A stretch of DNA of 64,000 nucleotides from Solirubrobacteraceae bacterium (GTDB lineage Bacteria > Actinomycetota > Thermoleophilia > Solirubrobacterales > Solirubrobacteraceae): positions 3,370 through 67,369 of the forward strand of contig DASZFZ010000050.1 of assembly GCA_035939315.1 (NCBI GenBank), in the 5' to 3' direction. The notes beneath the pieces are model-generated. The model had not been told where the DNA came from. It ran no database searches and saw only the letters and a list, made by a program, of their open reading frames with translations. The translations under genes were made by a program, and so were the position numbers. How positions within the stretch are numbered: position 1 is the first letter of the stretch; each line of letters starts with the position of its first letter. Positions 37,417 to 47,513 of this stretch are shown here, one piece after another.

Positions 37417-38010
37417 TCAGGCGTCCAGTGCGTAGCGCTCGACGGCCGCTTCCAGCTTGGCGACGCTGGGGTAGGCGCCCTGGTGGATGAACTCGCCGCC
37501 GTCGCGGCCCAGGAACACGGTCACGGGCGTGAAGGCGGAGTCGGTGATCGCGAGCCCCGCCTGGCCGCTGTGGTCGTAGTAGCTCGGGTAGCTGACCGGG
37601 AAGGAGCGCAGGAACGAGAGCGCTTCGGCGCGGTCGCTCTCGTCGGAGTCGATGCCGATGAACGCGACCTGGCGCCCGCGCGAGATGGAGACACGCTGGA
37701 AGATCGGAAACTCCGAGCGGCACGGTTCGCAATCGGAGGCCCACTTGTTGATCACGACCGGCGTGCCGCGCAGCGCGGCCAGGCGCGCGCGCAGCGCCGG
37801 CAGGCCGCCGCCGAGCAGCTCGTCGGCCTGCGCGTGCAGCGCGGCGAGCGGCGCGGGGGACCCCGCCAGACGGGCCTGCGCCTGCGCGGGCGTGAGCGCC
37901 GCCGGCGCCAGCGTCTTCGGCGTCGAGTCGGCGAGCTGCACGAGGCCGACCGCGACCAGCGCCAGCGCGGCCGCGGCGAGGGCCGCGATCGACACGGTCT
38001 TCGCGCTCAT
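37417..38010 (-). CDS. membrane-anchored thioredoxin-like (TlpA/ResA/redoxin family) thiol:disulfide oxidoreductase
   Basis: ATG 38010. TM anchor IAALAAAALALVAVGLV. CxxC in INKWASDCEPCRSEFP. Confidence 0.8.
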   Translation of the reverse strand: MSAKTVSIAALAAAALALVAVGLVQLADSTPKTLAPAALTPAQAQARLAGSPAPLAALHAQADELLGGGLPALRARLAALRGTPVVINKWASDCEPCRSEFPIFQRVSISRGRQVAFIGIDSDESDRAEALSFLRSFPVSYPSYYDHSGQAGLAITDSAFTPVTVFLGRDGGEFIHQGAYPSVAKLEAAVERYALDA

Positions 38011-38201
38011 CGGCGTAAGGGTCGCAGATGGGTGGTCGCGGGTGCTCACTTCAATCGCGCCCGCGCTTGCTATATCCTGGGGACACGTCGAAGCCGGGTC
38101 GCCGCGAGCGCCCGGCAGAGGGCGCCCGAGGGGTGCCGCATCCGCGCCGTGTCGAGACCTCTCGTCTCGACGGCGGCTCTGTCTCGAAGTCCACAGCCTC
38201 A

Positions 38202-40931
38202 ATGGCCGAGTCCACCTCAGTGGCCCTCGCGGCCACGACCATTCCGAGTTCCGCTGAGATCGCACGAGCGGAGAAGTTCGTGCGCGAGCGTTTCGTGCAC
38301 GAGGGCGAGGACCCGCAGGTCGCGCTCGCGCCCGGGACGCCGCGCCGGCGCGCGCTCGACGGGGCGCTCGCCGAGCTGACGGAGGACCCCAAGCGCAAAA
38401 GCCCCTCGACGGCCTGGCGGCGCGAGTTCTCGCTGCTGCTGGGGCTCGAGCGGCTGCTCTCGGAGGAGGAGCCGAAGCTGATCGACGGGACCGTGCTCTC
38501 GGCCCACCAGGTCGACGCGCTCTCGGGCACGCTGACGGCGCTGCTGGCCGAGGCGCAGCGCAGCGCCCCCAACGGCGGCGCCGGCGGCTCCGCCTCGCCG
38601 GAGCTGCTGGCCTCGGCGGACATCCTCGGCCCCGACGGCGCGGCGGCCGGCAACGGCGCCGGGATCGCGCCCGCCGAGAGCCCCCAGGAGGAGGCGGACG
38701 CGGGCGAGGACGAGGAGGACGACGAGGACGAGCTCGACGAGGAGGACGAGGATCTCGGCCCGGTCCAGCGCGCCGCTCCCGACGAGGAGGACGACGAGGA
38801 CGAGCTCGACGAGGAGGACTTCGGCGAGGCCGACGAGGAGGACGAGCCGGAGGAGGACGAGCTCCAGGCCGAGTCCGACGAGGAGCCGCGCGACTGGGTC
38901 GACGAGGAGGACGACGAGGAGACGCTCGCCGAGCAGCCGGAGGACCCCAACGCGGCCAAGCGCTTCTGGTTCGAGCACGCCACCGGTGCGGGCAAGACCG
39001 TGGCGGCGCTCGGCTTCGTCGAGGCCTCGCACACCGGCGGCGTGCTGATCCTCACGCACCGGCGCAACCTCGTCGACCAGTTCCTAGGCGAGCTCAGAGA
39101 CCGGGGCTACTCGACGCGCATCAGCCGCCCGCTGCTGAAGGGCGAGGACTCGACCAAGGGCCCGGTGACGGTCGAGACCTACCAGTGGTTCGTGCGCAAC
39201 GCCGGCAAGATCTCGAGCGCCTACACGATCGTCATCTGCGACGAGGCGCACACCGCGCTGGGCGAGAAGACGAGCGGCGCGATCCGCAACTGGACTGGGC
39301 CGATCTTCATCGGCATGACCGCCACGGGCGCGCTGATCGCCAGGCACGTCACCGACCTGTTCCCGACGCAGACCTCGCGCTTCGACCTCGCCCAGGCGGC
39401 CCGCCGGGGCGTGATCGCGCCGCTTCGCTGCGTGCGCATCTCGCCTGGCGTGGGCGTGCGCACGATCGCCAAGGTGCCGCTGCGGCGCGGCGAGGTGGAC
39501 ACCGAGTTCGACCAGGACGAGCTCGCGAAACTGCTCGACCAGCAGCCCTTCAACCTGGCCGTCGCCAACCTCTACAAGACGCGCTTCAACGGCGTGCCCG
39601 GGGTCGTGTACGCGGCCGGCGTGCGCCACGCCTACAACCTCGCCGAAGCGTTTCGCGCGGAGGGCATCAAGGCGGAAGGCGTGTCCGGGGAGACGCCCAA
39701 GCGCGAGCTCGTGGAGATCCTCGCCCGCTACGAGCGCGGCGACATCGACGTGCTGATCAACGCGCAACTGCTGGCCGAGGGCTGGAACAGCCCGCGGGCG
39801 ACGGTCTGCGTGCACCTCGCGCCGACGGCCTCCAAGCGCATCTACCAGCAGCGGGTGGGCCGCGTGACGCGCCGCCATCCCGGCAAGGAGGCCGGCCTGG
39901 TCGTCGACTTCGTGCACCCCGCGACCAAGCACGACGACCCGGTCGTGACGCTCCACTCGCTGCTCGACAGGGATGTTTATAGGGGGGGAGCGATCGTGGT
40001 GGGCCCCGTACGCCGCGGGCGCGGGCGCAGGATGCGCGTGGAGCGCCGGGTTCTGCCGGTGTGCGCCGAGGAGGAGCGCCGCTTCCAGGTCTTCGAGCGC
40101 GAGCTGTGGCGGATCGCGGTCGAGCACCTCGACTACGGCGAGCAACACCTGTGGGCGGCGCTGGCGGGCGCGCGCGTGGCGCCCAACGGCTGGCGGCGCG
40201 CGCGCGCGATGCTGCACTTCGACCGCACCGGCGAGCTCAAGAGCCGCTTCCTGATCACGGCCGTCAAGCGCAACAACAACGCCCAGCTGCGGCTGCGCGC
40301 GCTCAGCGACATCGCGGCGCTGCGCGACCCCGACACGTTCGACGAGGCCGTCGACATCATCGGCGGCTGGCCGCGGGAGGAGCGCAAGGAGGCCACCAAG
40401 ATCATGCTGCGCGCGCTGGTGGAGCGGCGCATCGGCCGCCGCGACCAGGCCAACGCGTGGATCTGGCGGCTCGCCGAGTACACGCGCGACGTGCACGAGG
40501 AGTACGCCGTGCAGCGCTGGCCCGAGACCAAGCGCCTGCTCGGCCTGCTCGTCAACTCGGCGGGCGGCGCGCACGCGCGCAACGCGCGCCGGCTGATCCA
40601 CGCGGCGCGCAAGCAGGACCGGCGGCTGGCGGCGGCGCTGCTGGCGGCGGCGCTCGCGCACACGCCCGAGGCCGAGGAGGCGTTGCGGGGCGCGCGCACG
40701 CGCATGGCGCGCAAGCCGCCGGCGCTCGCGCGGGAGCTGCTGCGCAACTTCCCCAAGCGCCGCGCGCGCGGCGCCAGGCGCCGGCGCAAGGGCGCCAAGG
40801 GGTCCGAGGGCAGCCAGAACGGGGTGCCCGCCGACGGGCGGGTCGTGGCCGTCGGCGGCGCGGGCGAGCTCGTCGCCCGGGACGCCGCCGTGCGCGACGA
40901 GCACGACGACGAGGTCGCGGCGCTCGACTGA
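38202..40931 (+). CDS. SF2 DEAD/DEAH-box (type III restriction res-like) helicase with acidic insert and uncharacterised C-terminal region
   Basis: Walker A HATGAGKT, motif II VICDEAH, motif VI QQRVGRVTRR. A D/E-rich insert precedes the core. About 330 aa lie C-terminal to the core with no motif I recognise. Confidence 0.8.
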   Translation: MAESTSVALAATTIPSSAEIARAEKFVRERFVHEGEDPQVALAPGTPRRRALDGALAELTEDPKRKSPSTAWRREFSLLLGLERLLSEEEPKLIDGTVLSAHQVDALSGTLTALLAEAQRSAPNGGAGGSASPELLASADILGPDGAAAGNGAGIAPAESPQEEADAGEDEEDDEDELDEEDEDLGPVQRAAPDEEDDEDELDEEDFGEADEEDEPEEDELQAESDEEPRDWVDEEDDEETLAEQPEDPNAAKRFWFEHATGAGKTVAALGFVEASHTGGVLILTHRRNLVDQFLGELRDRGYSTRISRPLLKGEDSTKGPVTVETYQWFVRNAGKISSAYTIVICDEAHTALGEKTSGAIRNWTGPIFIGMTATGALIARHVTDLFPTQTSRFDLAQAARRGVIAPLRCVRISPGVGVRTIAKVPLRRGEVDTEFDQDELAKLLDQQPFNLAVANLYKTRFNGVPGVVYAAGVRHAYNLAEAFRAEGIKAEGVSGETPKRELVEILARYERGDIDVLINAQLLAEGWNSPRATVCVHLAPTASKRIYQQRVGRVTRRHPGKEAGLVVDFVHPATKHDDPVVTLHSLLDRDVYRGGAIVVGPVRRGRGRRMRVERRVLPVCAEEERRFQVFERELWRIAVEHLDYGEQHLWAALAGARVAPNGWRRARAMLHFDRTGELKSRFLITAVKRNNNAQLRLRALSDIAALRDPDTFDEAVDIIGGWPREERKEATKIMLRALVERRIGRRDQANAWIWRLAEYTRDVHEEYAVQRWPETKRLLGLLVNSAGGAHARNARRLIHAARKQDRRLAAALLAAALAHTPEAEEALRGARTRMARKPPALARELLRNFPKRRARGARRRRKGAKGSEGSQNGVPADGRVVAVGGAGELVARDAAVRDEHDDEVAALD
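38709..38819 (+). repeat. in-frame 39-nt direct repeat (72-nt period) inside the helicase acidic insert
   Basis: GACGAGGAGGACGACGAGGACGAGCTCGACGAGGAGGAC occurs at 38709-38747 and 38781-38819. A partial third copy starts at 38901. It encodes DEEDDEDELDEED. Confidence 0.85.
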
Positions 40932-40959
40932 CAGCTCGCGCGGCTGTGGCCCGCGCCGC

Positions 40960-41799
40960 TCAGCCGAGCTCTTGCAGGTGCACCTCGCCGGCGCCGATCT
41001 CGGTCTGCCCTCCGCCCTCCAGGGCGACGATCAGCCGGCCGGCGCCGTCGATGCCCTGAGCGCGCCCGCGCCCGCCGGCCCAGGCGACCTCGCGTCCCTT
41101 CAGCGCATCGCGGGCACGCCAGGACTCGAGCGTGCGCTGGGCGGGCTCGGCCAGGCGCCGCGCGAGCGCCGCGAGCAGCCCGGCGAGCGTCCGCTCGATC
41201 TCCTCGGGCGCCAGGCCGAGCGTCGCCGCGGGCAGGCCGCTCGTGGGCGGGCCGGCCCCCGCGGGTTTCGGCGAGCGCAGCTCGGGCGACAGCTCCTCCA
41301 GGCGCACGGCGACGTTGACGCCGACGCCGAGCACCACCCAGCCCTCCTGGGGGCGCCCCTCGATCAGGATGCCGGCGAGCTTGGCCAGCGGCGCCCGCCC
41401 GCCCGCCGCGTCCGGCCGCGCCTCACCGGGCCGCGCGCGGGCGAGCACGATGTCGTTGGGCCACTTGACGAGCGCCTGCTCGCCGATCGCGTCGCACACC
41501 GCCACCGCCGCCGCGAGCGGCAGCAGCGGCGGTGGCCGATCGGAGATCGCCCAGCGCAGCAGCAGCGACATCAGCAGCGAGCTGCGCGGGGGCGCCGACC
41601 AGCGCCGGCCCTGGCGCCCCCGGCCGGCGGTCTGCTCGTCGGCGGTCACGAGCGTCCCGTGGGGCGCGCCGGCGAGCGCCAGCTCGCGCGCGCGCTCGTT
41701 GGTCGAGTCGGTCCGGCGCAGGTGCACGCGCGGGCGGCCGAGGGCGAGCGGCGCCTCGTGGCCTTCGGTGAGCTTCTCGAGCGCGGGCGGCGCGCTCAC
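40960..41799 (-). CDS. birA: biotin--[acetyl-CoA-carboxylase] ligase
   Basis: GRGRQGRRWSAPP signature, KWPNDI. GTG start overlaps the upstream stop (GTGA). Confidence 0.9.
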   Translation of the reverse strand: MSAPPALEKLTEGHEAPLALGRPRVHLRRTDSTNERARELALAGAPHGTLVTADEQTAGRGRQGRRWSAPPRSSLLMSLLLRWAISDRPPPLLPLAAAVAVCDAIGEQALVKWPNDIVLARARPGEARPDAAGGRAPLAKLAGILIEGRPQEGWVVLGVGVNVAVRLEELSPELRSPKPAGAGPPTSGLPAATLGLAPEEIERTLAGLLAALARRLAEPAQRTLESWRARDALKGREVAWAGGRGRAQGIDGAGRLIVALEGGGQTEIGAGEVHLQELG

Positions 41800-42635
41800 A
41801 CGGCGCGCACGGTCAGCTCGTCGTCCGCGCCGGCGCCGAGCATCTCGGCGGCCGAGCCGCGGTTGACCGCGAGCGCGACCATGCGGGTGGCGTCCTCGTA
41901 GATCAGCAGTTCGCCGGGCGTCACCTCGGCGAAGGTCGCGGCGTAGCGCGCGGTGCGCAGCGCGCCGCCGTGGCTGACCGTGAGCGTGTCTCCGAGCCTC
42001 GCGCCGAGCTCGGTGAGCTGCTCGTGGGCGGCGTCGAGGATGAGGTTGCCGAAGGTGTCGCTGCGCAGCACGTGCACGGTGAGCGCGTCGCCGCTGCGGT
42101 GCGCGGTGGGCAGCCCGAAACGACGCAGCTGCTCGATCTGCAGCGGCTCGCCCACCGCCGTCAGCGGCTCTCCCGCCGCCAGCGCCGCGGCGACGGGCGC
42201 GAAGATGTCGCGGCCGTGGAAGGTGCGGGAGACGGGCTCCAGGCGCTCGGGCGAGCGGCCGATGTCGACCGCCTCGGCGACGCCCCCGAAACGCTCGGCG
42301 GCGGGCATCAGCAGGCCGTTGTCGGGCCCGACGAACGTGCGCTCCTGCTCCACGGTGCGGATCGCGACCGAGCGGCGCGCATGCCGGCCGACGGCGCTGA
42401 CGCCCGGGTCCACGACCGCCAAGTGCACCCCTACGGGCAGGAACGTGACGGCGGAGCGCAGCACGATCGCCCCGGAGCGCACGTCGTGGCGCGGGATCGA
42501 GTGCGTCAGGTCGATCACGCGCGCCTCCGGGCAGCGCCGGGCGATCACACCGTGGCAGACGCCCACGAACTCGTCGAGCAGCCCGTAGTCGGAGAGGAAG
42601 GTGATTACGGGAGGATGTTCTCTATGTTCGAGCAT
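41796..42635 (-). CDS. SAM hydroxide adenosyltransferase / SAM hydrolase family protein (DUF62, chlorinase-fluorinase fold)
   Basis: ATG 42635. ITFLSDYGLLDEFVGVCHGVI N-terminal signature and FHGRDIFAPVAA motif. Confidence 0.75.
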   Translation of the reverse strand: MLEHREHPPVITFLSDYGLLDEFVGVCHGVIARRCPEARVIDLTHSIPRHDVRSGAIVLRSAVTFLPVGVHLAVVDPGVSAVGRHARRSVAIRTVEQERTFVGPDNGLLMPAAERFGGVAEAVDIGRSPERLEPVSRTFHGRDIFAPVAAALAAGEPLTAVGEPLQIEQLRRFGLPTAHRSGDALTVHVLRSDTFGNLILDAAHEQLTELGARLGDTLTVSHGGALRTARYAATFAEVTPGELLIYEDATRMVALAVNRGSAAEMLGAGADDELTVRAV

Positions 42636-44151
42636 CGTGTGGCTGTCGGGTCGCGTCTGCCAGCAACGCGTCGACCATGCCGTCGACGTCGTGGCGGGCG
42701 GCCTCGACGTGCGGCTCCATGCCATGCGCGCGAAGCGTGGCAGTCGTGACCGGACCGATCGAGACGATACGCGTATCTGCGGACAACGGGGCGTTGCCCG
42801 CGGCCTGCATGAAGTAATCGACGGTGGACGAAGAGGTGAACGTGACGTAGTCGGCTCGCCGGACTGCGCTCAGCATCTGGGACGGCAGCGGCTCGGCGAC
42901 GGTCTCGTACAACGCGAGCACGTCCACCTGCGCGCCGCGCTCGCGCAGCGCGTCGGGCAGCACGTCGCGCGCCGTCAGGGCGCGGGCGATCAACGCCCGC
43001 TGCACGGGCAGGCCGGCGAGCGCATCGACGAGGGACTCGGCGACGAACCGCTCGGGCACGACGTCGGCGATGACGCCGTGCTCGGCCAGCGCGCGCGCGG
43101 TGCCCGGGCCGATCGCGGCGATCCGCGCGTGCGCGAGCGCGCGCGCGTCCCCGCGCGGGTGCACGCCGTCGTCGAGGCGCTCGAACAGCTCGTGGACGCC
43201 GTTGGCGCTGGTCAGGCAGACGAGGTCGTAGGGGGTCGGGTCCAGCGTCGGGTGGGCGGGGTCCGCGATCGCCTGCACGCGGATCACGGGCGCCTCGATC
43301 ACGCTCGCGCCCAGCGCGCCCAGGCGCGCGGCCAGGCCGCTGGCCTGGGCGCGGGCGCGCGTGACGGCCACGCTGAGGCCGCGCAGCGGCCGCGGTCCCA
43401 ACCACGCGAGCTCGCCCGCCAGCGCCGCCACCGGCCCGACGACGGTGATCGAGGGCGCGCGCACCTGCTGCTCGCGCGCCGTCCGCGCGATCGTCGCGAG
43501 CGTGCCCGCGACCGTGCGCTGGGCGGGCAGCGTGCCCGCTTCGACGATCGCGACCGGTTCGTCGGCGGGGCGCCCGGCGGCCACGAGCGCGGAGGCGATC
43601 TGCTCCAGCCGGCGCACGCCCATGTACAGCACGAGCGTCCCGGGGAACGCCGCGAGCGCCCGCCAGTCGATCGGCTGCTCGGGCTGCTCGCCCGCCTCCG
43701 GCTCCTCGCGCGTCTGCCCGGTGACGAGCGCGACGGCGCGGGCGAGCCCGCGGTGGGTCACCGGGATGCCCGCGTAGGCGCTCGCCGCGACGCCAGCGGT
43801 CACGCCGGGGACGACCTCGAAGGGGATGCCGGCGGCGCGCAGCGCGAGCGCCTCCTCGCCGCCGCGGCCGAACACGAACGGGTCGCCGCCCTTCAGCCGC
43901 ACGACCGTCTTGCCCGCCTGCGCGCGCGCCACGATCAGCGCCTCGGTCTGCTCCTGGGGCACCGACGGGCCGCCGCCCTCCTTGCCCACGAACAGCAGCT
44001 CGGCGTCCGCGCGCGCGCCCGCGAACGCGGAGTCGGGGATCAGACGGTCGTACAGGATCACGTCGGCCTGCCCCACCAGCTCCAGCGCGCGCGCGGTCAT
44101 CAGCCCCGGGTCCCCGGGGCCGGCGCCGACGAGGTAGACCTTGCCGCTCAA
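42622..44151 (-). CDS. bifunctional uroporphyrinogen-III C-methyltransferase / uroporphyrinogen-III synthase
   Basis: TTG 44151 overlaps the hemC stop (TTGA). SUMT motifs VYLVGAGPGDPGLMT and GGDPFVFGRGGEE. The C-terminal half is HemD-like. Confidence 0.85.
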   Translation of the reverse strand: MSGKVYLVGAGPGDPGLMTARALELVGQADVILYDRLIPDSAFAGARADAELLFVGKEGGGPSVPQEQTEALIVARAQAGKTVVRLKGGDPFVFGRGGEEALALRAAGIPFEVVPGVTAGVAASAYAGIPVTHRGLARAVALVTGQTREEPEAGEQPEQPIDWRALAAFPGTLVLYMGVRRLEQIASALVAAGRPADEPVAIVEAGTLPAQRTVAGTLATIARTAREQQVRAPSITVVGPVAALAGELAWLGPRPLRGLSVAVTRARAQASGLAARLGALGASVIEAPVIRVQAIADPAHPTLDPTPYDLVCLTSANGVHELFERLDDGVHPRGDARALAHARIAAIGPGTARALAEHGVIADVVPERFVAESLVDALAGLPVQRALIARALTARDVLPDALRERGAQVDVLALYETVAEPLPSQMLSAVRRADYVTFTSSSTVDYFMQAAGNAPLSADTRIVSIGPVTTATLRAHGMEPHVEAARHDVDGMVDALLADATRQPHDART

Positions 44152-45047
44152 GCGCCGGCCATCTCCTCGGCCTGCGCCAGCAGCTCGCCGGCGCCGACGG
44201 CGCGCAGCCGCTCGGCGACGCGCACCCCGACCGCCTCGGCGTCGTAGAAGCCTCCCATCAGCTCGTCGGCGACCCACTGCGAGCCGTCGGGCAGCCCGAC
44301 CCAGGCGCGCAGGAACAGGCAGCCGCAGCCGGGCGCCTCGGCGTGGGCGCCGAGGGGCGTGTGGCAGCTCGCGCCGAGCTCGCGGGCGAGCGCGCGCTCG
44401 GCGAGCAGGCAGGCGAAGGCGTCGCCGTCGGTGATCGCCTGCGCGCGGGCGCGCGTGCGCTCGTCCTCGGCGCGGCCCTCAAGCGCGACGATGCCCTGGC
44501 CGGGGGCGGGGACGAATTGCTCGCCGGCGAGCATCGCCCCCACGCGCGACTCCAGGCCCAGGCGATGCAGGCCCGCGCGCGCGAGCACGACCGCGTCGAG
44601 CCGCTCGGCGGGGTCGTCGAGCTTGCGCAGGCGGGTGTCGACGTTGCCGCGGACGGGCACCACCTCGAGGTCCGCGCGCGCGGCGAGCAGCTGGGCGCGC
44701 CTGCGCAGGCTGCTCGTGCCCACGCGCGCGCCGGGCGCGAGCGCGGCGAGGGCGGACGCCCCGCACAGCGCGTCCTCGGCGGGCGCCCGCGCGGGGGCGC
44801 CGAGCAGCGCGAGCCCGTCGGCCGGCTCGCCGGGGACGTCCTTGGCCGAGTGCACCGCGAGGTCGATCTCGCCGGCCAGCAGCGCCTGCTCGAGCTCGGC
44901 CACCCAACGCGACTTGTCCTGCGGCGCGGACGCGTCACGGTCGCCGCGGGTCTGGATCGGCACGATCTCGCAGTCGCCGAGCAGCCCGGCGACCAGCTCG
45001 GTCTGCGCGAGCGCGAGCGCGCTCGCTCGCGTCCCGAGCCGGATCAA
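44148..45047 (-). CDS. hemC: hydroxymethylbilane synthase (porphobilinogen deaminase)
   Basis: IRLGTRASALALAQ, AVHSAKDVP, RGNVDTRL. TTG start overlaps the hemA stop. Confidence 0.9.
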   Translation of the reverse strand: MIRLGTRASALALAQTELVAGLLGDCEIVPIQTRGDRDASAPQDKSRWVAELEQALLAGEIDLAVHSAKDVPGEPADGLALLGAPARAPAEDALCGASALAALAPGARVGTSSLRRRAQLLAARADLEVVPVRGNVDTRLRKLDDPAERLDAVVLARAGLHRLGLESRVGAMLAGEQFVPAPGQGIVALEGRAEDERTRARAQAITDGDAFACLLAERALARELGASCHTPLGAHAEAPGCGCLFLRAWVGLPDGSQWVADELMGGFYDAEAVGVRVAERLRAVGAGELLAQAEEMAGA

Positions 45048-46420
45048 CGCGGTCGACGCTTGCGCAGGGTGCGGACTTCCGCGAGCTCGGACGAGCTTGC
45101 CTGCGTCTGCTGCTCCTGCGCGGCCGCATCGTCGCGCAGCGCGAACAGCTCGCGCACCAGCTCGAGACTCGCGTGCCCGCCCGTGCCCGGATGGGCGCGG
45201 TCCTCGCCGAGGCCGCGCAGGCGGATCGTGGGCTCGTGCAGCAGGCGGCCCATGACGGCGCGGGCGATCGCCTCGACGCGCGCGACGTCCCGTGGCGAGG
45301 CGGTCTCCCAGCGGCCCGAGTTCTCGGCCAGCACGTGCTCGACGATCTCCTCGCCGTGCGCGCGCAGCGCGCGGATCGTCGGCAGCGCGTCGAGCTGCCC
45401 GAGCCAGCGCGCGAAGCGCTGGATCTCCTCCTCGACGATCTCCATCGCCCGCGGGATCTCCTGCGCGCGGGTCGAGAAGTTGCGCTCGACCACCGCCTGC
45501 AGGTCGTCGATGTCGTACAGGCTCACGCCGTCGAGCTCCGCGCAGGCGGGGTCGATGTCACGCGGCACGGCGATGTCGATCATCAGCAGGACCCGCCCGC
45601 CCCGCCGCTCGCGCTGGGCCATCACGAGCTCGAGCTCCTCGCGCCCGACGATCGGGTGCGGAGAGGCGGTCGAGGACACGACGATGTCGGCGTGGACCAG
45701 CTGCTCGGGGAGTTTGTCCAGGCCCACGACCGAGCCGCCGAAGCGCTGCGCGAGGCTGAGCGCGCGGTCGGCGTGGCGGTTGGCGACGAAGATCGTGCCG
45801 GCGCCCTGCTCGGCCAGCGCGCGCGCGGTCAGCTCGCTCGTCTCGCCGGCGCCGAGGATCACGACGTTCCTGTCCTCGAGGCTGCCGAGCACGCTCAGCG
45901 CCAGGTCGACCGCCACCGACGGGACGCTCACGCGGCTCGCGCCGATCTCGGTCTCCGAGCGCACGCGCTTGCCGGCCGTGAGCGCCGCCGCGAACAGCCG
46001 GTTGGAGAGCGGGCCGGTGGTGCCGGCGCGCATCGCCGCTTCGTGCGCGCGCCTGACCTGGCCCTGGACCTCGGCCTCGCCGAGGATCATCGACTCCAGG
46101 CTGCAGGTCACGCGGTAGAGCTGGCGGGCCGCCTCGCAGTTGCGCGGCGAGTAGATCGCCTCGGCGAGCTCGGTCGGGCGGATCTCGGCGCGGCGCGCGA
46201 GCAGGCCGAGCACGTCGGCCTCGGCGCGCACGGCGTCGCCGACGACGAGGTACACCTCGGTGCGGTTGCAGGTCGAGATCACGACCGCCTCGCGCACCTC
46301 GGCGGTCGCCGTCGCCTGGCGCCCGAACTCGCTCGCTTCCTGCTCGCCGAAGGCCAGCCGTTCGCGCACGGCCACCGGCGCGGTCTTGTGCGAGATGCCC
46401 AGCACGAGCAGCTCGCTCAT
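45044..46420 (-). CDS. hemA: glutamyl-tRNA reductase
   Basis: LLVLGISHKTAPVAVRERLAF, STCNRTEVY, NAD-binding VVILGAGETS. Confidence 0.95.
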   Translation of the reverse strand: MSELLVLGISHKTAPVAVRERLAFGEQEASEFGRQATATAEVREAVVISTCNRTEVYLVVGDAVRAEADVLGLLARRAEIRPTELAEAIYSPRNCEAARQLYRVTCSLESMILGEAEVQGQVRRAHEAAMRAGTTGPLSNRLFAAALTAGKRVRSETEIGASRVSVPSVAVDLALSVLGSLEDRNVVILGAGETSELTARALAEQGAGTIFVANRHADRALSLAQRFGGSVVGLDKLPEQLVHADIVVSSTASPHPIVGREELELVMAQRERRGGRVLLMIDIAVPRDIDPACAELDGVSLYDIDDLQAVVERNFSTRAQEIPRAMEIVEEEIQRFARWLGQLDALPTIRALRAHGEEIVEHVLAENSGRWETASPRDVARVEAIARAVMGRLLHEPTIRLRGLGEDRAHPGTGGHASLELVRELFALRDDAAAQEQQTQASSSELAEVRTLRKRRPR

Positions 46421-46710
46421 GCCGGCGTGGACTCCCGCGGCTCGCCGCCCAGGCTCTGCGCGCCGTCCGCCAGCCGCGCGCGCGCCGCCGCGTCTTCCTC
46501 GCCGTTGCGCGCCCGCTCCCCGTCCGGGGAGGACGCGGCCATGCCCAGCAGCTCGCCGAGCTCGCCCTCGATGCGGCTCAGGCGTATCGCCATGATCGAG
46601 ACGTACACGAGCACGAGCACGAACAGCACGATGTAGGCGCCGGCGACGTACTTGCCGGCGGTGTGCAGCGGCAGCGCCGGGACCTCGGCGAGCAGCGCCG
46701 CGGCGATCAC
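46417..46710 (-). CDS. small single-TM protein in the CcmD position (heme exporter protein D-like), long soluble tail
   Basis: GTG 46710 overlaps the ccmC stop (GTGA), and its stop overlaps the hemA ATG. One TM (YVAGAYIVLFVLVLVYVSIMAI). The assignment is by position only. Confidence 0.45.
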   Translation of the reverse strand: MIAAALLAEVPALPLHTAGKYVAGAYIVLFVLVLVYVSIMAIRLSRIEGELGELLGMAASSPDGERARNGEEDAAARARLADGAQSLGGEPRESTPA

Positions 46711-47513
46711 AGGGCCGTCCTTGCGGCGCCGGCCGACATTTGGCCGACGGGCAGCGGCGCCGGCGCCGCGCTGCGCGTGCGCGGCACGGAGCTCTCGCCG
46801 GCCAGCTGGCGGCGCAGCGCCCGCACCTGCGCGCGCGCGTGCTTGGCCGTGAGCTCGTACTTGCAGAGCGTCGCGAACAGCAGCGCGATCGCGACGACCG
46901 AGACGAGCAGCGTGAAGGCCATCGAGCCCGGCAGGTTGTTGGTGCTGGAGAACACGCGCGGGTGCAGGTAGGCGGTCGAGAGGTTGACGGCCGCGTAGTT
47001 GAGCGGCACGAACGCCCCCGCGGTGATCGCGAACACCGAGGCGTAGCGCGCCTGGCGCTCGCGGTCTTCGATCGCGAAGCGCAGCGGCTGGTAGGTCGCG
47101 TACAGCAGGAAGATGATCAGGAACGAGACGAGCGTCGGCTCGCTCCACACCCACCAGTGCCCCCACGAGCCCTTCGCCCAGATCGAGCCGGTGATCAGCG
47201 TGCCGAGCGCGAAGATCAGGCTCATGTGGATGACCACGTAGGAGCGCATGTCCCAGCGCGGGTCGCGCGTGCGCAGGTGCTGGATCGCGAGCAGGCCGCC
47301 GAGCACGAAGCCGCACAGCGCGACGATCGCCAGCGGCACGTGCACGTAGAAGATCTTCTGCAGGAAGCCCTGTTCTTCTTCCAGCGGCGCGTAGAAGAAC
47401 ACGAGCCCGAGCGCCAGCGCCATCGCGACCACGGTCGCGATGCTGAGCGTGCGCAGGCCCCTGCCGTAGGTGACCGGTCTTGTTGCGGAAGGGAGTCCTG
47501 GGCGCTCCATCAA
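46707..47513 (-). CDS. ccmC: heme exporter protein C (CcmC, WWD family)
   Basis: Trp-rich motif WAKGSWGHWWVWSEPTL, six TM segments, flanked by ccmB. The start is TTG 47513 or ATG 47510. Confidence 0.8.
   Translation of the reverse strand: MMERPGLPSATRPVTYGRGLRTLSIATVVAMALALGLVFFYAPLEEEQGFLQKIFYVHVPLAIVALCGFVLGGLLAIQHLRTRDPRWDMRSYVVIHMSLIFALGTLITGSIWAKGSWGHWWVWSEPTLVSFLIIFLLYATYQPLRFAIEDRERQARYASVFAITAGAFVPLNYAAVNLSTAYLHPRVFSSTNNLPGSMAFTLLVSVVAIALLFATLCKYELTAKHARAQVRALRRQLAGESSVPRTRSAAPAPLPVGQMSAGAARTAL

Noticed and set aside
38700-38930. Short direct repeats that might have been a CRISPR-like or minisatellite array.
   Set aside because: They are in frame inside the helicase gene and encode a poly-acidic tract. 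There are no spacers of unique sequence and no cas genes in the window.
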